Assembly: GCA_019058015.1 (NCBI GenBank)
Contig: JAHLWH010000134.1
Span: 10,299-74,298 of the forward strand
Reading direction: 5' to 3'
Length of the DNA: 64,000 nt
Source: Promethearchaeota archaeon
Lineage (GTDB): Archaea; Asgardarchaeota; Lokiarchaeia; Sigyniarchaeales; SOKP01
Under the pieces are notes generated by a model that saw nothing but the letters and a program-made list of their open reading frames with translations, did not search any database and was not told the DNA's origin. Position numbers and translations under genes: made by a program. This document shows positions 17,636 to 27,059 of this stretch, in pieces (the stretch's first letter is position 1; each line of letters opens with the position of its first letter).

Positions 17636-19351
17636 TTAAAGAGCGTTAATTTCAGCATATTTATATTTATTGAAAATCTTACGAATTTGTTCAAATAATT
17701 CTAAAACATCGGTACTGGAGATCATTTTTTTTTGTTTAGTATTTTGAATATTGTCTGAAATTAATTTTAACTCGGGATAAATTTTAATGCGATCCGAAAG
17801 ATTATTTTGCTCAATATCAAGTGAAAGTTTTTCAACACCACCAAACTTATAATTTAATCGATATACAAGTTGATCAACAATATAGTCAATAATCTCTAAA
17901 CAAATGAAATAACAGCTGGAATAATCCCCAGAACGAAAACAATTTCGAGTAAAATTGAGTCGAAAATTGAGGTCTTTAATTTTGATTGCCTTATTGGTTC
18001 TTTTAATATTGATTTTATTTTGTCTCTTATCCTTCAATAAAATCATATCGATATTCTTTTCCTTCTTTCTTACTTTTGATGATTTTCTTGAGATATGAGT
18101 CTCTTTTACCCAAGGAACTTGTAAAAGAAAGGGATTTTTAATAGAGGGCGTTCTAATTATACATTGCCCCTTTTCTAATAAAGAGAGATACATATACTTC
18201 TCTTCGGGTAAATTTAATAATTCAGCGAAATTTTTTTTCTTAAAATGTGTTTCAAAACCTATAACCAAACCCGAATTAGCCAAAATATTTTCACTGATAT
18301 CGGGTCTTGTGGCAATAGCCATTAAACTCTCACCCGTACCTCTCTGGAGCAATGCAATATCTTCAAGATATGTGCTAATTTTATCATTCTGAGAACTTTC
18401 CTTAGGCATAAAGTATGTTGCATCGTCAACAATTGTTAGATGCTTTAACCTATTAAATATGCCGGCAGAAACATTATAATCCCAGATATTCTTTAAAACT
18501 AACATTAAAAAGAAATAAATATCTTCTTTATCTCCTCCAAGTCTAATGATTGAGTTCAAATTCAAAATACAATTATTATTTAAAATTTTACTGATTGGTA
18601 TTGAATTTTTATTATTAAACACTTTTTTCAAAGGCCCTTCCGAAAATCTCCGAATTCTGTTTTTTATACTAATTAAAGTTTGCGCTAATTGTGGAATTTC
18701 ATGTTTATGATTCTTAAAATATACATTACAAATTTCATAAAAGTTTTGCCAATTTTTTGAACCTTTACCTCTACATACTTCTATTAAAACATCTACAAGA
18801 ACTTTCTCCATTTGAGGGGAAAATTCACTTGAAGAATCAATTAATCTGGTATTTTTAAACATTTCAAATATTCTTTCAGCATGAATTAAGGGACCAACTG
18901 TTCCAGGATTAAAAATATCAATAGAAAAATTCTCACCAGGAGAATATATTTCAAGATCTTTAAAATAATTCTTAAAAAAGTCAAAATCATTCTTTATTTG
19001 AATGATTAAAAAATTAACATTAAATTTTCTAATAAAATTAAATAAAAAGTTTTTAACAAAATTTGTCTTTCCTGCTCCCGTTAACCCGCTAATGAAAACA
19101 TGTCTATGCAGATCATCTTCGCTTAGAAAAATATTATGCTTTTTTTTATATTTAGGTCTTTTTAACAAAAAAGATTCTTTTACAACTAGGGATTTACCAA
19201 TTTTAATCGTTCCACTTTTAGAATCTTTCCTAGAAGGTGCGTCTAAATCGATTAATTCTCTCTTTTTTTCAATACTTATAGTTTCATATAGCTTATTTCT
19301 TTTGACACTATAATCTCTTTGGATTTTCCCCCATTCTTTATATTTAGTCAT
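17636..19351 (-). CDS. HerA/FtsK-superfamily (DUF87-like) P-loop ATPase with uncharacterised C-terminal helical domain
   Basis: LHRHVFISGLTGAGKTN (Walker A), HLTIVDDATYF (Walker B) and MAIATRPDISENIL (sensor region). Confidence 0.65.
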   Translation of the reverse strand: MTKYKEWGKIQRDYSVKRNKLYETISIEKKRELIDLDAPSRKDSKSGTIKIGKSLVVKESFLLKRPKYKKKHNIFLSEDDLHRHVFISGLTGAGKTNFVKNFLFNFIRKFNVNFLIIQIKNDFDFFKNYFKDLEIYSPGENFSIDIFNPGTVGPLIHAERIFEMFKNTRLIDSSSEFSPQMEKVLVDVLIEVCRGKGSKNWQNFYEICNVYFKNHKHEIPQLAQTLISIKNRIRRFSEGPLKKVFNNKNSIPISKILNNNCILNLNSIIRLGGDKEDIYFFLMLVLKNIWDYNVSAGIFNRLKHLTIVDDATYFMPKESSQNDKISTYLEDIALLQRGTGESLMAIATRPDISENILANSGLVIGFETHFKKKNFAELLNLPEEKYMYLSLLEKGQCIIRTPSIKNPFLLQVPWVKETHISRKSSKVRKKEKNIDMILLKDKRQNKINIKRTNKAIKIKDLNFRLNFTRNCFRSGDYSSCYFICLEIIDYIVDQLVYRLNYKFGGVEKLSLDIEQNNLSDRIKIYPELKLISDNIQNTKQKKMISSTDVLELFEQIRKIFNKYKYAEINAL

Positions 19352-19699
19352 ATGCTCTATTTTTCATATTTTTTTAATCGCTAATTAGCCTTAATCTATC
19401 TTTCTTTTACATTATCCCTTTACTTAAATTATTTATAAAGTCCTTGAATTTTCTTTTTGATTATTTAATACAAAATAAATCATCACTGCGATTGAAATAA
19501 AGAACTTAATTAAAAATTCTCAAATAAGTTTTGAAATTGTTATTTCTTTTTTTCTATTAGAAACAAGAATCTCTTTTTTTATACTTAAATAAATTTTTTG
19601 CTTTGATTTCTAACATTATTCTACTCATTTCTATCTTTACAAATGCAAGGAGAACAATCCAGCTTTAATTAAATCTATTCAAAGATTAAGGTATAATAT

Positions 19700-20470
19700 T
19701 TATTTACTAACTTCATTTGCGGCTTTTAAAATTTCATAAAACGAATCAATATTGAGTGATGCGCCGCCAACTAATCCACCATCGATATTAGGCTGATTAA
19801 ATAGATTTCTCGCATTATTTGGTTTTATAGAGCCGCCATATTGGATCCTAACTTTTTCTGCAGTATCTGAATCATAAGTTTTATTTATATGTCCCCGAAT
19901 AAATTTATGAACTTCTTCTGCTTGTTCAGCTGTTGCTGTCTTTCCGGTTCCAATTGCCCAAACAGGTTCATACGCAATGATCATTTTTATAATTTCTCCC
20001 TTTGATAAATCCTTAAATGTATTTTTCAATTGATAATCGATTATCTCTTCCGTCTTTCCTTGTTCCCTTTCTTCAAGATGTTCCCCAATACATACAATTG
20101 GATTCAATCCAATAAAAAGCGCCTTTTTTAACTTTTTATTTATCAATTCATATGTTTCTCCAAAAATATTCCTTCTTTCACTATGTCCCAATATAACATA
20201 ATTACAACCGACATCTTTAAGAAATATTGGTGAGATATCTCCCGTAAATGCACCCTTATCTTCAAAATACATATTTTGCCCAGATAAATTAATATTTGTG
20301 CCTTTAATTATTTTTGAGACTTCATACAAAACAGTAAAAGGCGGCGCAATTACTATATCAACATTATTTAAATCCTTAACCATGGGAATTAATTTCTCAA
20401 CAAATTCCTGGGCTTCTTGTGGACTTCCCAAATTCATTTTCCAATTCCCTCCAATGATTTGCTTTCGCAT
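19700..20470 (-). CDS. tpiA: triosephosphate isomerase, bacterial/eukaryotic-type
   Basis: GGNWKMN, ILGHSERR, AYEPVWAIGTGKTA, IQYGGS and GGLVGGASL motifs. 256 aa. Confidence 0.9.
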   Translation of the reverse strand: MRKQIIGGNWKMNLGSPQEAQEFVEKLIPMVKDLNNVDIVIAPPFTVLYEVSKIIKGTNINLSGQNMYFEDKGAFTGDISPIFLKDVGCNYVILGHSERRNIFGETYELINKKLKKALFIGLNPIVCIGEHLEEREQGKTEEIIDYQLKNTFKDLSKGEIIKMIIAYEPVWAIGTGKTATAEQAEEVHKFIRGHINKTYDSDTAEKVRIQYGGSIKPNNARNLFNQPNIDGGLVGGASLNIDSFYEILKAANEVSK

Positions 20471-20772
20471 AATTCTAAACTCCTAATTCTTTTAGTTCAA
20501 TATTATTTAGGTTTTTATATTAAAAAAATTTCTATACTTTTTACTTAATTTTTATCTTACAATTATCCCTAATAAACTCACTTATTCAAATATATTTAAT
20601 TTTAATAGGTTATTTTAAAATAGAAACAAAAATTGAAATAGAAAAAGGTTTTTTTAATTTTAATTAATTTTTTTAATTACAATCTTAATATTATAAGATA
20701 ATAACTTAAATTGATAAGCTAATTTTCAATTTTTTCATTAATTTTTTTATTAGTTAATAAAATTGGTTAAAA

Positions 20773-21990
20773 ATGAAATATAGAAAAATGGGATCTCTTG
20801 ATTGGGAGGTATCTATTCTTGGATTTGGGGCTATGCGATTACCGATAGATAAACAATCTAAGATCATTGAAGAAGAATCAATAAAAATGATTCGTTATGC
20901 TATTGATAATGGAGTAAATTACGTTGATACGGCGTATCCTTACCATGATGGTGAAAGCGAAGTCCTAGTGGGAAAAACATTAAAGGATGGTTATCGGGAG
21001 AAAATTCATCTCGCTACAAAATTACCAATGTGGTTAGTTAAAAAAACAGAAGATTTTGACTTTTTTCTTAAACAACAAATTGAACGATTACAAACAAATC
21101 CTGATATCTATCTGTTCCACGGTTTAACTAAAGAACGATTCCAAAAAATTAAAAACTTTAATTTAATCGAAAAGATGGAAAAAGCAAAAGCTAAAGGTTT
21201 AATTAAGTATATAGGATTTTCATTTCATGATACTTTTGACGTGTTTAAAGAGATAATTGATTACTATCAATGGGATTGTTGTCAGATCCAACACAATTAT
21301 CTTGATATTGAATTTCAAGCAGGTACTAAAGGATTAAAATATGCTGCCAGTAAAAATATTGCAGTAATAATTATGGAACCGATTCATGGCGGAAAGTTAG
21401 CCATTCCCGAGCACAAATTAGATACAAAACCAGAAATCAAGAAAATTCTTGAAAAATCAAAAATTAAAAGAACTATGCCTGATTGGGCCTTACAATTCCT
21501 TTGGAACCAACCCGAAGTCTCAGTCGTATTAAGTGGAATGAGCACTATGCAACATGTTGTAGAAAATATAGAATCTGCAAATAATTCAGGAATTAATACA
21601 CTAACTGAAGATGAATTACAAACTATTTCCGAATTGCGTGATACATATAGTAAATATATAGTTGTACCGTGCACGAGCTGCGGATATTGCTTGCCATGTC
21701 CAAATGGAGTCGCTATCCCAGGAGTTCTTAGACTCCTAAATGAACTTGCGTATTGGGGTGAAAGAGGAAAACCTAGAATTGCCTTTTTTTATAATGGAAT
21801 GGTAAAAACACAAGAGGATTTGGAAAAAAAGAAGTCTCAAGGTGACGAAATTGAAGGAGCCGCCAGTTTATGTATTCAATGCGGCGAATGTCTCGATAAA
21901 TGCCCACAACAAATAGAGATTCCTTCTATTCTTGAGAAAGTTAATGCCATATTTGAGGAAGGTAAAAAATTTTCAGATGTTTTTGACTAA
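20773..21990 (+). CDS. aldo/keto reductase fused to a C-terminal 4Fe-4S ferredoxin-like domain
   Basis: GFGAMRLP and DTAYPYHDGESE (AKR). CTSCGYCLPCP and CIQCGECLDKCP cluster motifs. Confidence 0.75.
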   Translation: MKYRKMGSLDWEVSILGFGAMRLPIDKQSKIIEEESIKMIRYAIDNGVNYVDTAYPYHDGESEVLVGKTLKDGYREKIHLATKLPMWLVKKTEDFDFFLKQQIERLQTNPDIYLFHGLTKERFQKIKNFNLIEKMEKAKAKGLIKYIGFSFHDTFDVFKEIIDYYQWDCCQIQHNYLDIEFQAGTKGLKYAASKNIAVIIMEPIHGGKLAIPEHKLDTKPEIKKILEKSKIKRTMPDWALQFLWNQPEVSVVLSGMSTMQHVVENIESANNSGINTLTEDELQTISELRDTYSKYIVVPCTSCGYCLPCPNGVAIPGVLRLLNELAYWGERGKPRIAFFYNGMVKTQEDLEKKKSQGDEIEGAASLCIQCGECLDKCPQQIEIPSILEKVNAIFEEGKKFSDVFD

Positions 21991-22155
21991 TTTGATTTGT
22001 TATTAATTTTAAAAATGAAGATCAAATCAAATCATTAGTAGAATGAAAAATAAATCAAGTAGCACTAGTTTTAGCTTCAAGTAAAAATTGGTCTATAGAA
22101 CTTTATTATAGAATATTTCTTATTTCATGACCATGGAAAATACTTTGGTACTATT

Positions 22156-22338
22156 ATGAGTAAATCAAAATCAATAAATATAGGTAAATCAATGGACATT
22201 ATCTTCATTATTTCCTCTATTATTTTCAACATTTCAGTGAGTATTTTGTACATTGCAACAAAATTTAGCAACATGGAACTCTTGCAGGTCAGTGGTATTA
22301 TTGTCATTTTTCTGATAATTCCTTTTACTATCACATAA
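22156..22338 (+). CDS. small hydrophobic protein (possibly N-terminal part of the next ORF)
   Basis: Two hydrophobic helices. Same frame as 22348..22611, separated by TAA plus 3 sense codons. Confidence 0.3.
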   Translation: MSKSKSINIGKSMDIIFIISSIIFNISVSILYIATKFSNMELLQVSGIIVIFLIIPFTIT

Positions 22339-22347
22339 TTAGGATAT

Positions 22348-22611
22348 ATGAAGGAGAAAGAGGAAAAAAAGATAATAATATCTCTAGTAATTATTCTATT
22401 CTATCTCTTTTTGGAAATATTATTAGATTATATCCTCATAATTCCATTCAGAGATATACTAGCACTTCACATCCCCTACATTATAGTCTTTTATGCCGCT
22501 GACTTCTGCATGATAGGTGTTTCTTTCAATAAAAACAAGAAAATGGGATATGTCGTGATAGCAACATTCTTGATATTGCTAGGATGTCTGATTTACAGGT
22601 ATATGGGTTAA
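22348..22611 (+). CDS. small membrane protein
   Basis: Three hydrophobic helices after a KEKEEKK N-terminus. No family recognised. Confidence 0.4.
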   Translation: MKEKEEKKIIISLVIILFYLFLEILLDYILIIPFRDILALHIPYIIVFYAADFCMIGVSFNKNKKMGYVVIATFLILLGCLIYRYMG

Positions 22612-22630
22612 ATTCTCCGAAAATTAATTT

Positions 22631-22718
22631 TATTTATTTTTTATTTTTGATTGAATTAATTCTCAAATTTTAATTTAAATAATTTTTAAACCCTTTATTA
22701 AACATTATTTTATTAATT
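22631..22718. repeat. direct repeat copy 1 (about 88 nt, 60-nt perfect core)
   Basis: 22631-22690 is identical to 24409-24468. Similarity continues with a few substitutions and one indel to about 22718/24497. The minus strand reads ..KCLIKGLKII*, resembling a phosphatase C-terminus. Confidence 0.85.
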
Positions 22719-22729
22719 CTCTGACCTCC

Positions 22730-23338
22730 CTATAAACTCCTATTCCTTTCATGGTTGGCTCCCTTTTTCCTCGATTTTGGTATTCCTATCCATTTTGGGG
22801 TCTTATCCATATATTCACGATATTCATTCCCATACTTTTCAAGGCACCATTTTTCTTCGGAAGGTATCCAAATGTGCATTAGGATTAAAAATACTATTCC
22901 GCACAACAGAAAAATCCAGGAAACACAAGCTATGCCTATACCGATGAATATCAAGAAAATACCAAAGTTCATAGGATGCCTTGAAATACGATACACACCT
23001 TTGGTAACCGGTTTATCCAATGGAGTAGTAGCAAAAGCTCCGTTCGCTATGACGAGAAAAATTATACACAACCAATAGACAATGAATCCGGCATAGAACC
23101 AAGCTGTATCTAGATTCAACGGCAAGAAAATACTATAAAATATTATAAATAATATTAAGAAAGCTTCGATTTTTGAAACTCTTTTCTCTTTTTCAGTATG
23201 TCGGGCTAATTCTTCCTTAGACTCATATGTCTCTCTTCTCTTAAGAATAATATTACTAATAATACTTATTAAGATCTGGGGAACGATAAAAATCCAAGCG
23301 TTACATAAACCTAACTCAAAAGCTGGTATAAGTGACAT
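22730..23338 (-). CDS. isoprenylcysteine carboxyl methyltransferase / phospholipid methyltransferase-family membrane protein
   Basis: YRISRHPMNFGIFLIFIGIG motif. Several hydrophobic helices. Confidence 0.65.
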   Translation of the reverse strand: MSLIPAFELGLCNAWIFIVPQILISIISNIILKRRETYESKEELARHTEKEKRVSKIEAFLILFIIFYSIFLPLNLDTAWFYAGFIVYWLCIIFLVIANGAFATTPLDKPVTKGVYRISRHPMNFGIFLIFIGIGIACVSWIFLLCGIVFLILMHIWIPSEEKWCLEKYGNEYREYMDKTPKWIGIPKSRKKGANHERNRSL

Positions 23339-23406
23339 GATTTCACACCTTATGGTTCACTTTCACTCTTTGATTTTTTATTCATTTTCTCATTCCTTCA
23401 TTCATC

Positions 23407-24339
23407 CTAGAAATCGTCTGCTTCACTTCTATAAAATTTGTCGCCGTAAACTTGCTGGAATGTCGCAGACTTCCTTAACGGTTTTACCATTAATACACCG
23501 TAACTTCTATTTAGTACCATATATCCTCTGGATTGGTATGCTTGAAATATTTTGTTGTCAAGGACCACTCTGTCGATTACTATAGTTTGCGCTTTCTTTT
23601 CCACTTCGTCAATCAATTTGTTTGCTTCGTCGATTGTAGGCGAGATGATTTCTTGCACTAGAATCGTTTCTTTTCGTTCTTTAAGAAATACATATCCCAT
23701 CTTAGTAATAATCGACGTTTCTGGTTGTATATCCCCACTTTTTTCAAGCATCTTAAAGTATCCTTTGTCTCTAACCACGAAGCCAGTTTTTTTGGCAGAA
23801 CATTGGTTGTAGATTTCCAAAATTTTCTCCCAATCTAGCCTCTTTTTTCCATTTTCGGCTGTTTTAGATTCATTGGTTTTTTGAAGTATTTTATAAGCGC
23901 TTGGGAATTCTATGGCGATTTTATAGCCTAGTTTTTGATAGTAGGCAAACGCTATGAGGTATTTGCTGGTATTTAAGAAAGAAAATCTGTAACCTTGTTC
24001 TTGGAAGTATTGGTGGGCTCTTTGTATGAGGGTCGTAGAGATCCCCTTTCTCGCATGGTTTGGGAGGGTGGCTACTCCATGTATTCCTCCAGCGAGTTCT
24101 ATTGATCCGTCTAGGGTTCTTGTGGCTAGATCCATCACTCCGACGAAACCGACTACTTGGTTGTTTTCTACCGCACAGTAGCCTACTGGACTGTCTTTTA
24201 ACCGAGGATCGATTTTAATGATTTTTTCACGTTTTTGAGGGTTAAAAGGCCAGGAAAATGCTTGATCCATTAGTGGAACAAACTCGTTTTTTAATCGTAG
24301 TTCTTTGTAGGTAATAATGTGCATCCCAATACCACTCAT
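23407..24339 (-). CDS. GNAT-family acetyltransferase with extra C-terminal domain (Eis-like layout)
   Basis: GVATLPNHARKGISTTLIQRAHQYF acetyl-CoA site. 310 aa. Confidence 0.6.
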   Translation of the reverse strand: MSGIGMHIITYKELRLKNEFVPLMDQAFSWPFNPQKREKIIKIDPRLKDSPVGYCAVENNQVVGFVGVMDLATRTLDGSIELAGGIHGVATLPNHARKGISTTLIQRAHQYFQEQGYRFSFLNTSKYLIAFAYYQKLGYKIAIEFPSAYKILQKTNESKTAENGKKRLDWEKILEIYNQCSAKKTGFVVRDKGYFKMLEKSGDIQPETSIITKMGYVFLKERKETILVQEIISPTIDEANKLIDEVEKKAQTIVIDRVVLDNKIFQAYQSRGYMVLNRSYGVLMVKPLRKSATFQQVYGDKFYRSEADDF

Positions 24340-24408
24340 TTGGTTGAATTTAAGCTAAATCTGAGAATTCTAATGTGTTTAATAAGTATATCACTATTAA
24401 AATTTCCG

Positions 24409-24497
24409 TATTTATTTTTTATTTTTGATTGAATTAATTCTCAAATTTTAATTTAAATAATTTTTAAATCCTTTATTCAAACATTTTTTTATTGAAT
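24409..24497. repeat. direct repeat copy 2
   Basis: See copy 1. This copy is contiguous with the phosphatase gene fragment 24448..24690. Confidence 0.85.
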
Positions 24498-24690
24498 TAC
24501 GTACTTCTCTAAATCCACTTAATTCTTTCATTGAAGGATCCCCAATATCTCCCCAATCACCTGCGAATTCTCTCAGTGTATAAATTTCCTTTCTCATAGA
24601 TTCATCGAACCTTTTTATCTCTTCCTTGTGTTTCTCTGTTAAGGTCAAAATCAAATCAGCTTTCTTAAATATCGACGTTTTAAATCTAAT
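24448..24690 (-). pseudogene. 5'-truncated remnant of a low-molecular-weight phosphotyrosine phosphatase paralogue
   Basis: ..FKKADLILTLTEKHKEEIKRFDES..GDIGDPSMKELSGFREVRNSIKKCLNKG aligns by eye with the C-terminal ~75 aa of ORF 25622..26125. It lacks the CX5R catalytic N-terminus. An in-frame TAG lies at 24691-24693. Confidence 0.7.
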
Positions 24691-24727
24691 CTAATTACAA
24701 CTAAAAAGATTTAATAATAAATTTAAT

Positions 24728-25564
24728 TTAATTTTGTAAAAAATCTATGATAATCTTATTTATTTCGGGAGCTCTTGATAATGTCATAAAATGTCCTGCT
24801 TTTTCAATAATATTTAAGGTACTATTTGGAATTCTTTTATGCATCTCAATAATAGATGATTTGGGAGTCAATCTATCGTGAGAAGCTGCAAGTAATAAGG
24901 TTTTATTTTTAATTTCACTCAATCTTTCTAATGTATTATGTTTGGCAATGGCATGTGCTCGATTTTCAATATCTTGAGGAGTTGGTGGATCTATCGTACT
25001 TTCTCTTATAAGCTCCTCTACTGACCAAATTCCATGAAATTTTTTCTTAGGATTAGCTTCCATTTGTTTTCTAAATTCTTTATAATATAATACTCGAGCT
25101 TTTTGCCAAAACTCTTTCACTGGATCTTCTTTAAGTCGTTTCAAACCTTCAATATAGGATTCTTTAAGCATTTTGGCTCCTTGTTCATCTGGCATACCTG
25201 GATTAGTAGTAATTAGCACTAATTTATCTACACATTCAGGATAATTTAATACAAAATGCTGAGCAATCATCCCACCCAAAGATCTTCCAATTAAATGAAC
25301 CTTTTTGATATGAAGATAATCCATTAAACCTTTTATATCATCTGCAAACATCCCCATAGTATAAGGTTTATTTGGGCGATCGGATTTACCAGAACCACGA
25401 ATATCAAATGTGATTACTTTAAATTTTTTGCTTAGCGCCCCCACTTGTGAGTTCCAAATCTCTTTTTTTGCACCAAACCCATGAATTAAGATTATAGGAA
25501 TAATTTTCTCTCTGCCGTAAATTTCATAACAAAGCTTTATTCCATTAATATCTGCAAAACTCAT
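24728..25564 (-). CDS. alpha/beta-fold hydrolase
   Basis: ILIHGFGA oxyanion region, GRSLGG nucleophile elbow, and C-terminal AGHF histidine. Confidence 0.8.
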   Translation of the reverse strand: MSFADINGIKLCYEIYGREKIIPIILIHGFGAKKEIWNSQVGALSKKFKVITFDIRGSGKSDRPNKPYTMGMFADDIKGLMDYLHIKKVHLIGRSLGGMIAQHFVLNYPECVDKLVLITTNPGMPDEQGAKMLKESYIEGLKRLKEDPVKEFWQKARVLYYKEFRKQMEANPKKKFHGIWSVEELIRESTIDPPTPQDIENRAHAIAKHNTLERLSEIKNKTLLLAASHDRLTPKSSIIEMHKRIPNSTLNIIEKAGHFMTLSRAPEINKIIIDFLQN

Positions 25565-25621
25565 AATATTAAATATTTACTTTTAATAATAATAACTTTA
25601 ATGAATGGTGGAAATGCACAA

Positions 25622-26125
25622 TTAAATATCAAATAATATTAAAATTTTTTTTAACCCTTTTTCTAAACATGTTTTAATTTCATTTCTTGCCTGCCTAAAG
25701 CCGGCCAATTCCTTCATCGACGGGTCTCCAATATCTCCCGTCTCCTCAGCAATTTCTTTTAATGTTAGAATCTCCTTACCTTTAGATTCATCAAAATTTT
25801 TAATTTCTTCTTTATGCTGCTCAGTTAAAGTTAAAATCAAATCAGATCTTTTAATTAAATCTCGGTGTTTCTTTAAATCGATAGATAAATAATTTTCAGG
25901 CAAATTTATTCCAATCTCTTCCATCACCAATCTAGCATCCAATGAGGTGAGCATCCCATCCCTTGCATGAGACGATATTCCCCCTGAAAAGACTTTAACT
26001 CCTTGAATGTCATTATCTGCCAAAAATCTTTTCAAAAAACCTACTACCATCGGGCTTCTAGCGGTATTAACGCTACAAACGACCAATATCGACTTATAAG
26101 GAAATTGCTTCTCTCTACTACTCAT
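25622..26125 (-). CDS. low-molecular-weight protein-tyrosine phosphatase / ArsC-like
   Basis: CSVNTARS (CX5R-S) P-loop near the N-terminus. GDIGDPS acid loop. Confidence 0.8.
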   Translation of the reverse strand: MSSREKQFPYKSILVVCSVNTARSPMVVGFLKRFLADNDIQGVKVFSGGISSHARDGMLTSLDARLVMEEIGINLPENYLSIDLKKHRDLIKRSDLILTLTEQHKEEIKNFDESKGKEILTLKEIAEETGDIGDPSMKELAGFRQARNEIKTCLEKGLKKILILFDI

Positions 26126-26177
26126 TTCTTGTACAATCTAAAAGAAGTTAAAATTTAAAAGAAAAAATATGAAATAA

Positions 26178-27059
26178 TTAGACGGCATTATATCTTTCTA
26201 ACAGTGTTTGTGGACGTGCTCTATGAAGTTTTAAGTTAAGATCGTCATATTTATAGCCCATTGCAAGTGCTAATAATTCTGTTAGGTAGAGAATAGGTAT
26301 GTTATATTCCTTTTCGAATAACTTTTTCAAATTTCTCTGAGAGTTGTCCATTTGTTGATAACAGGCAGGACATATTACTACGAAGCACTTAGCACCAGCC
26401 TGAATAGCGCTATCAAATTTTTGCTTTAATATTTGCATTGCTGGCTCTTCTTCAGTATTTCCAACACCCGCTCCGCAACATAAAACTTCTTCATCGTAAT
26501 CAACTGCAGTTGCACCAGTTGCCTCAACTAATTCACGTAAACACTTGGGTTCCATAGGATCGTCCCATTGCATAATATGAGATGGTCTAGCGTAATGGCA
26601 TCCCGTATGGCAAGCGACTTTAAGGCCAGTGAAAGGTGTCGTTATAGCTTCTTTAATCTTTTCTATGCCTACATCTTCGATTAAAATTTGCACAAAGTGT
26701 TTTACACTAATTGTCCCTTTAAATTCTCGACCAATCTTTGCCAGAACCGCATTTATTGAAGCCCTTTCTTCTTCACTCTGTTTTAATTCGACATTAACTG
26801 CTTTCAAAGTCTGAGTGCATCCATTACATAATGAGGCAATAGATCTATTATCATTTTCTGCAATGGTGAGATTTCTCGCGCTCAAAACCATCCAGCTTTT
26901 ATGGTGAACTGCATTAAATCCTACTGGATCTGGACAACAGTTAAAAGGTGCATCGAATGTTTTTACGCCCAATTTATCAAAGACTTTCCTTGCTGAATCT
27001 TCTAAGTAAGGTAAGCGATTTGGGATAACACATCCTGGAAATAAATCGTATTCTTCCAT
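26178..27059 (-). CDS. heterodisulfide reductase subunit B-like protein (two CCG domains)
   Basis: PGCVIP..FNCCPDP and CHTGCH..LCCGAGVG cysteine-rich CCG repeats. TAATG overlap with the upstream HdrC-like gene. Confidence 0.75.
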   Translation of the reverse strand: MEEYDLFPGCVIPNRLPYLEDSARKVFDKLGVKTFDAPFNCCPDPVGFNAVHHKSWMVLSARNLTIAENDNRSIASLCNGCTQTLKAVNVELKQSEEERASINAVLAKIGREFKGTISVKHFVQILIEDVGIEKIKEAITTPFTGLKVACHTGCHYARPSHIMQWDDPMEPKCLRELVEATGATAVDYDEEVLCCGAGVGNTEEEPAMQILKQKFDSAIQAGAKCFVVICPACYQQMDNSQRNLKKLFEKEYNIPILYLTELLALAMGYKYDDLNLKLHRARPQTLLERYNAV

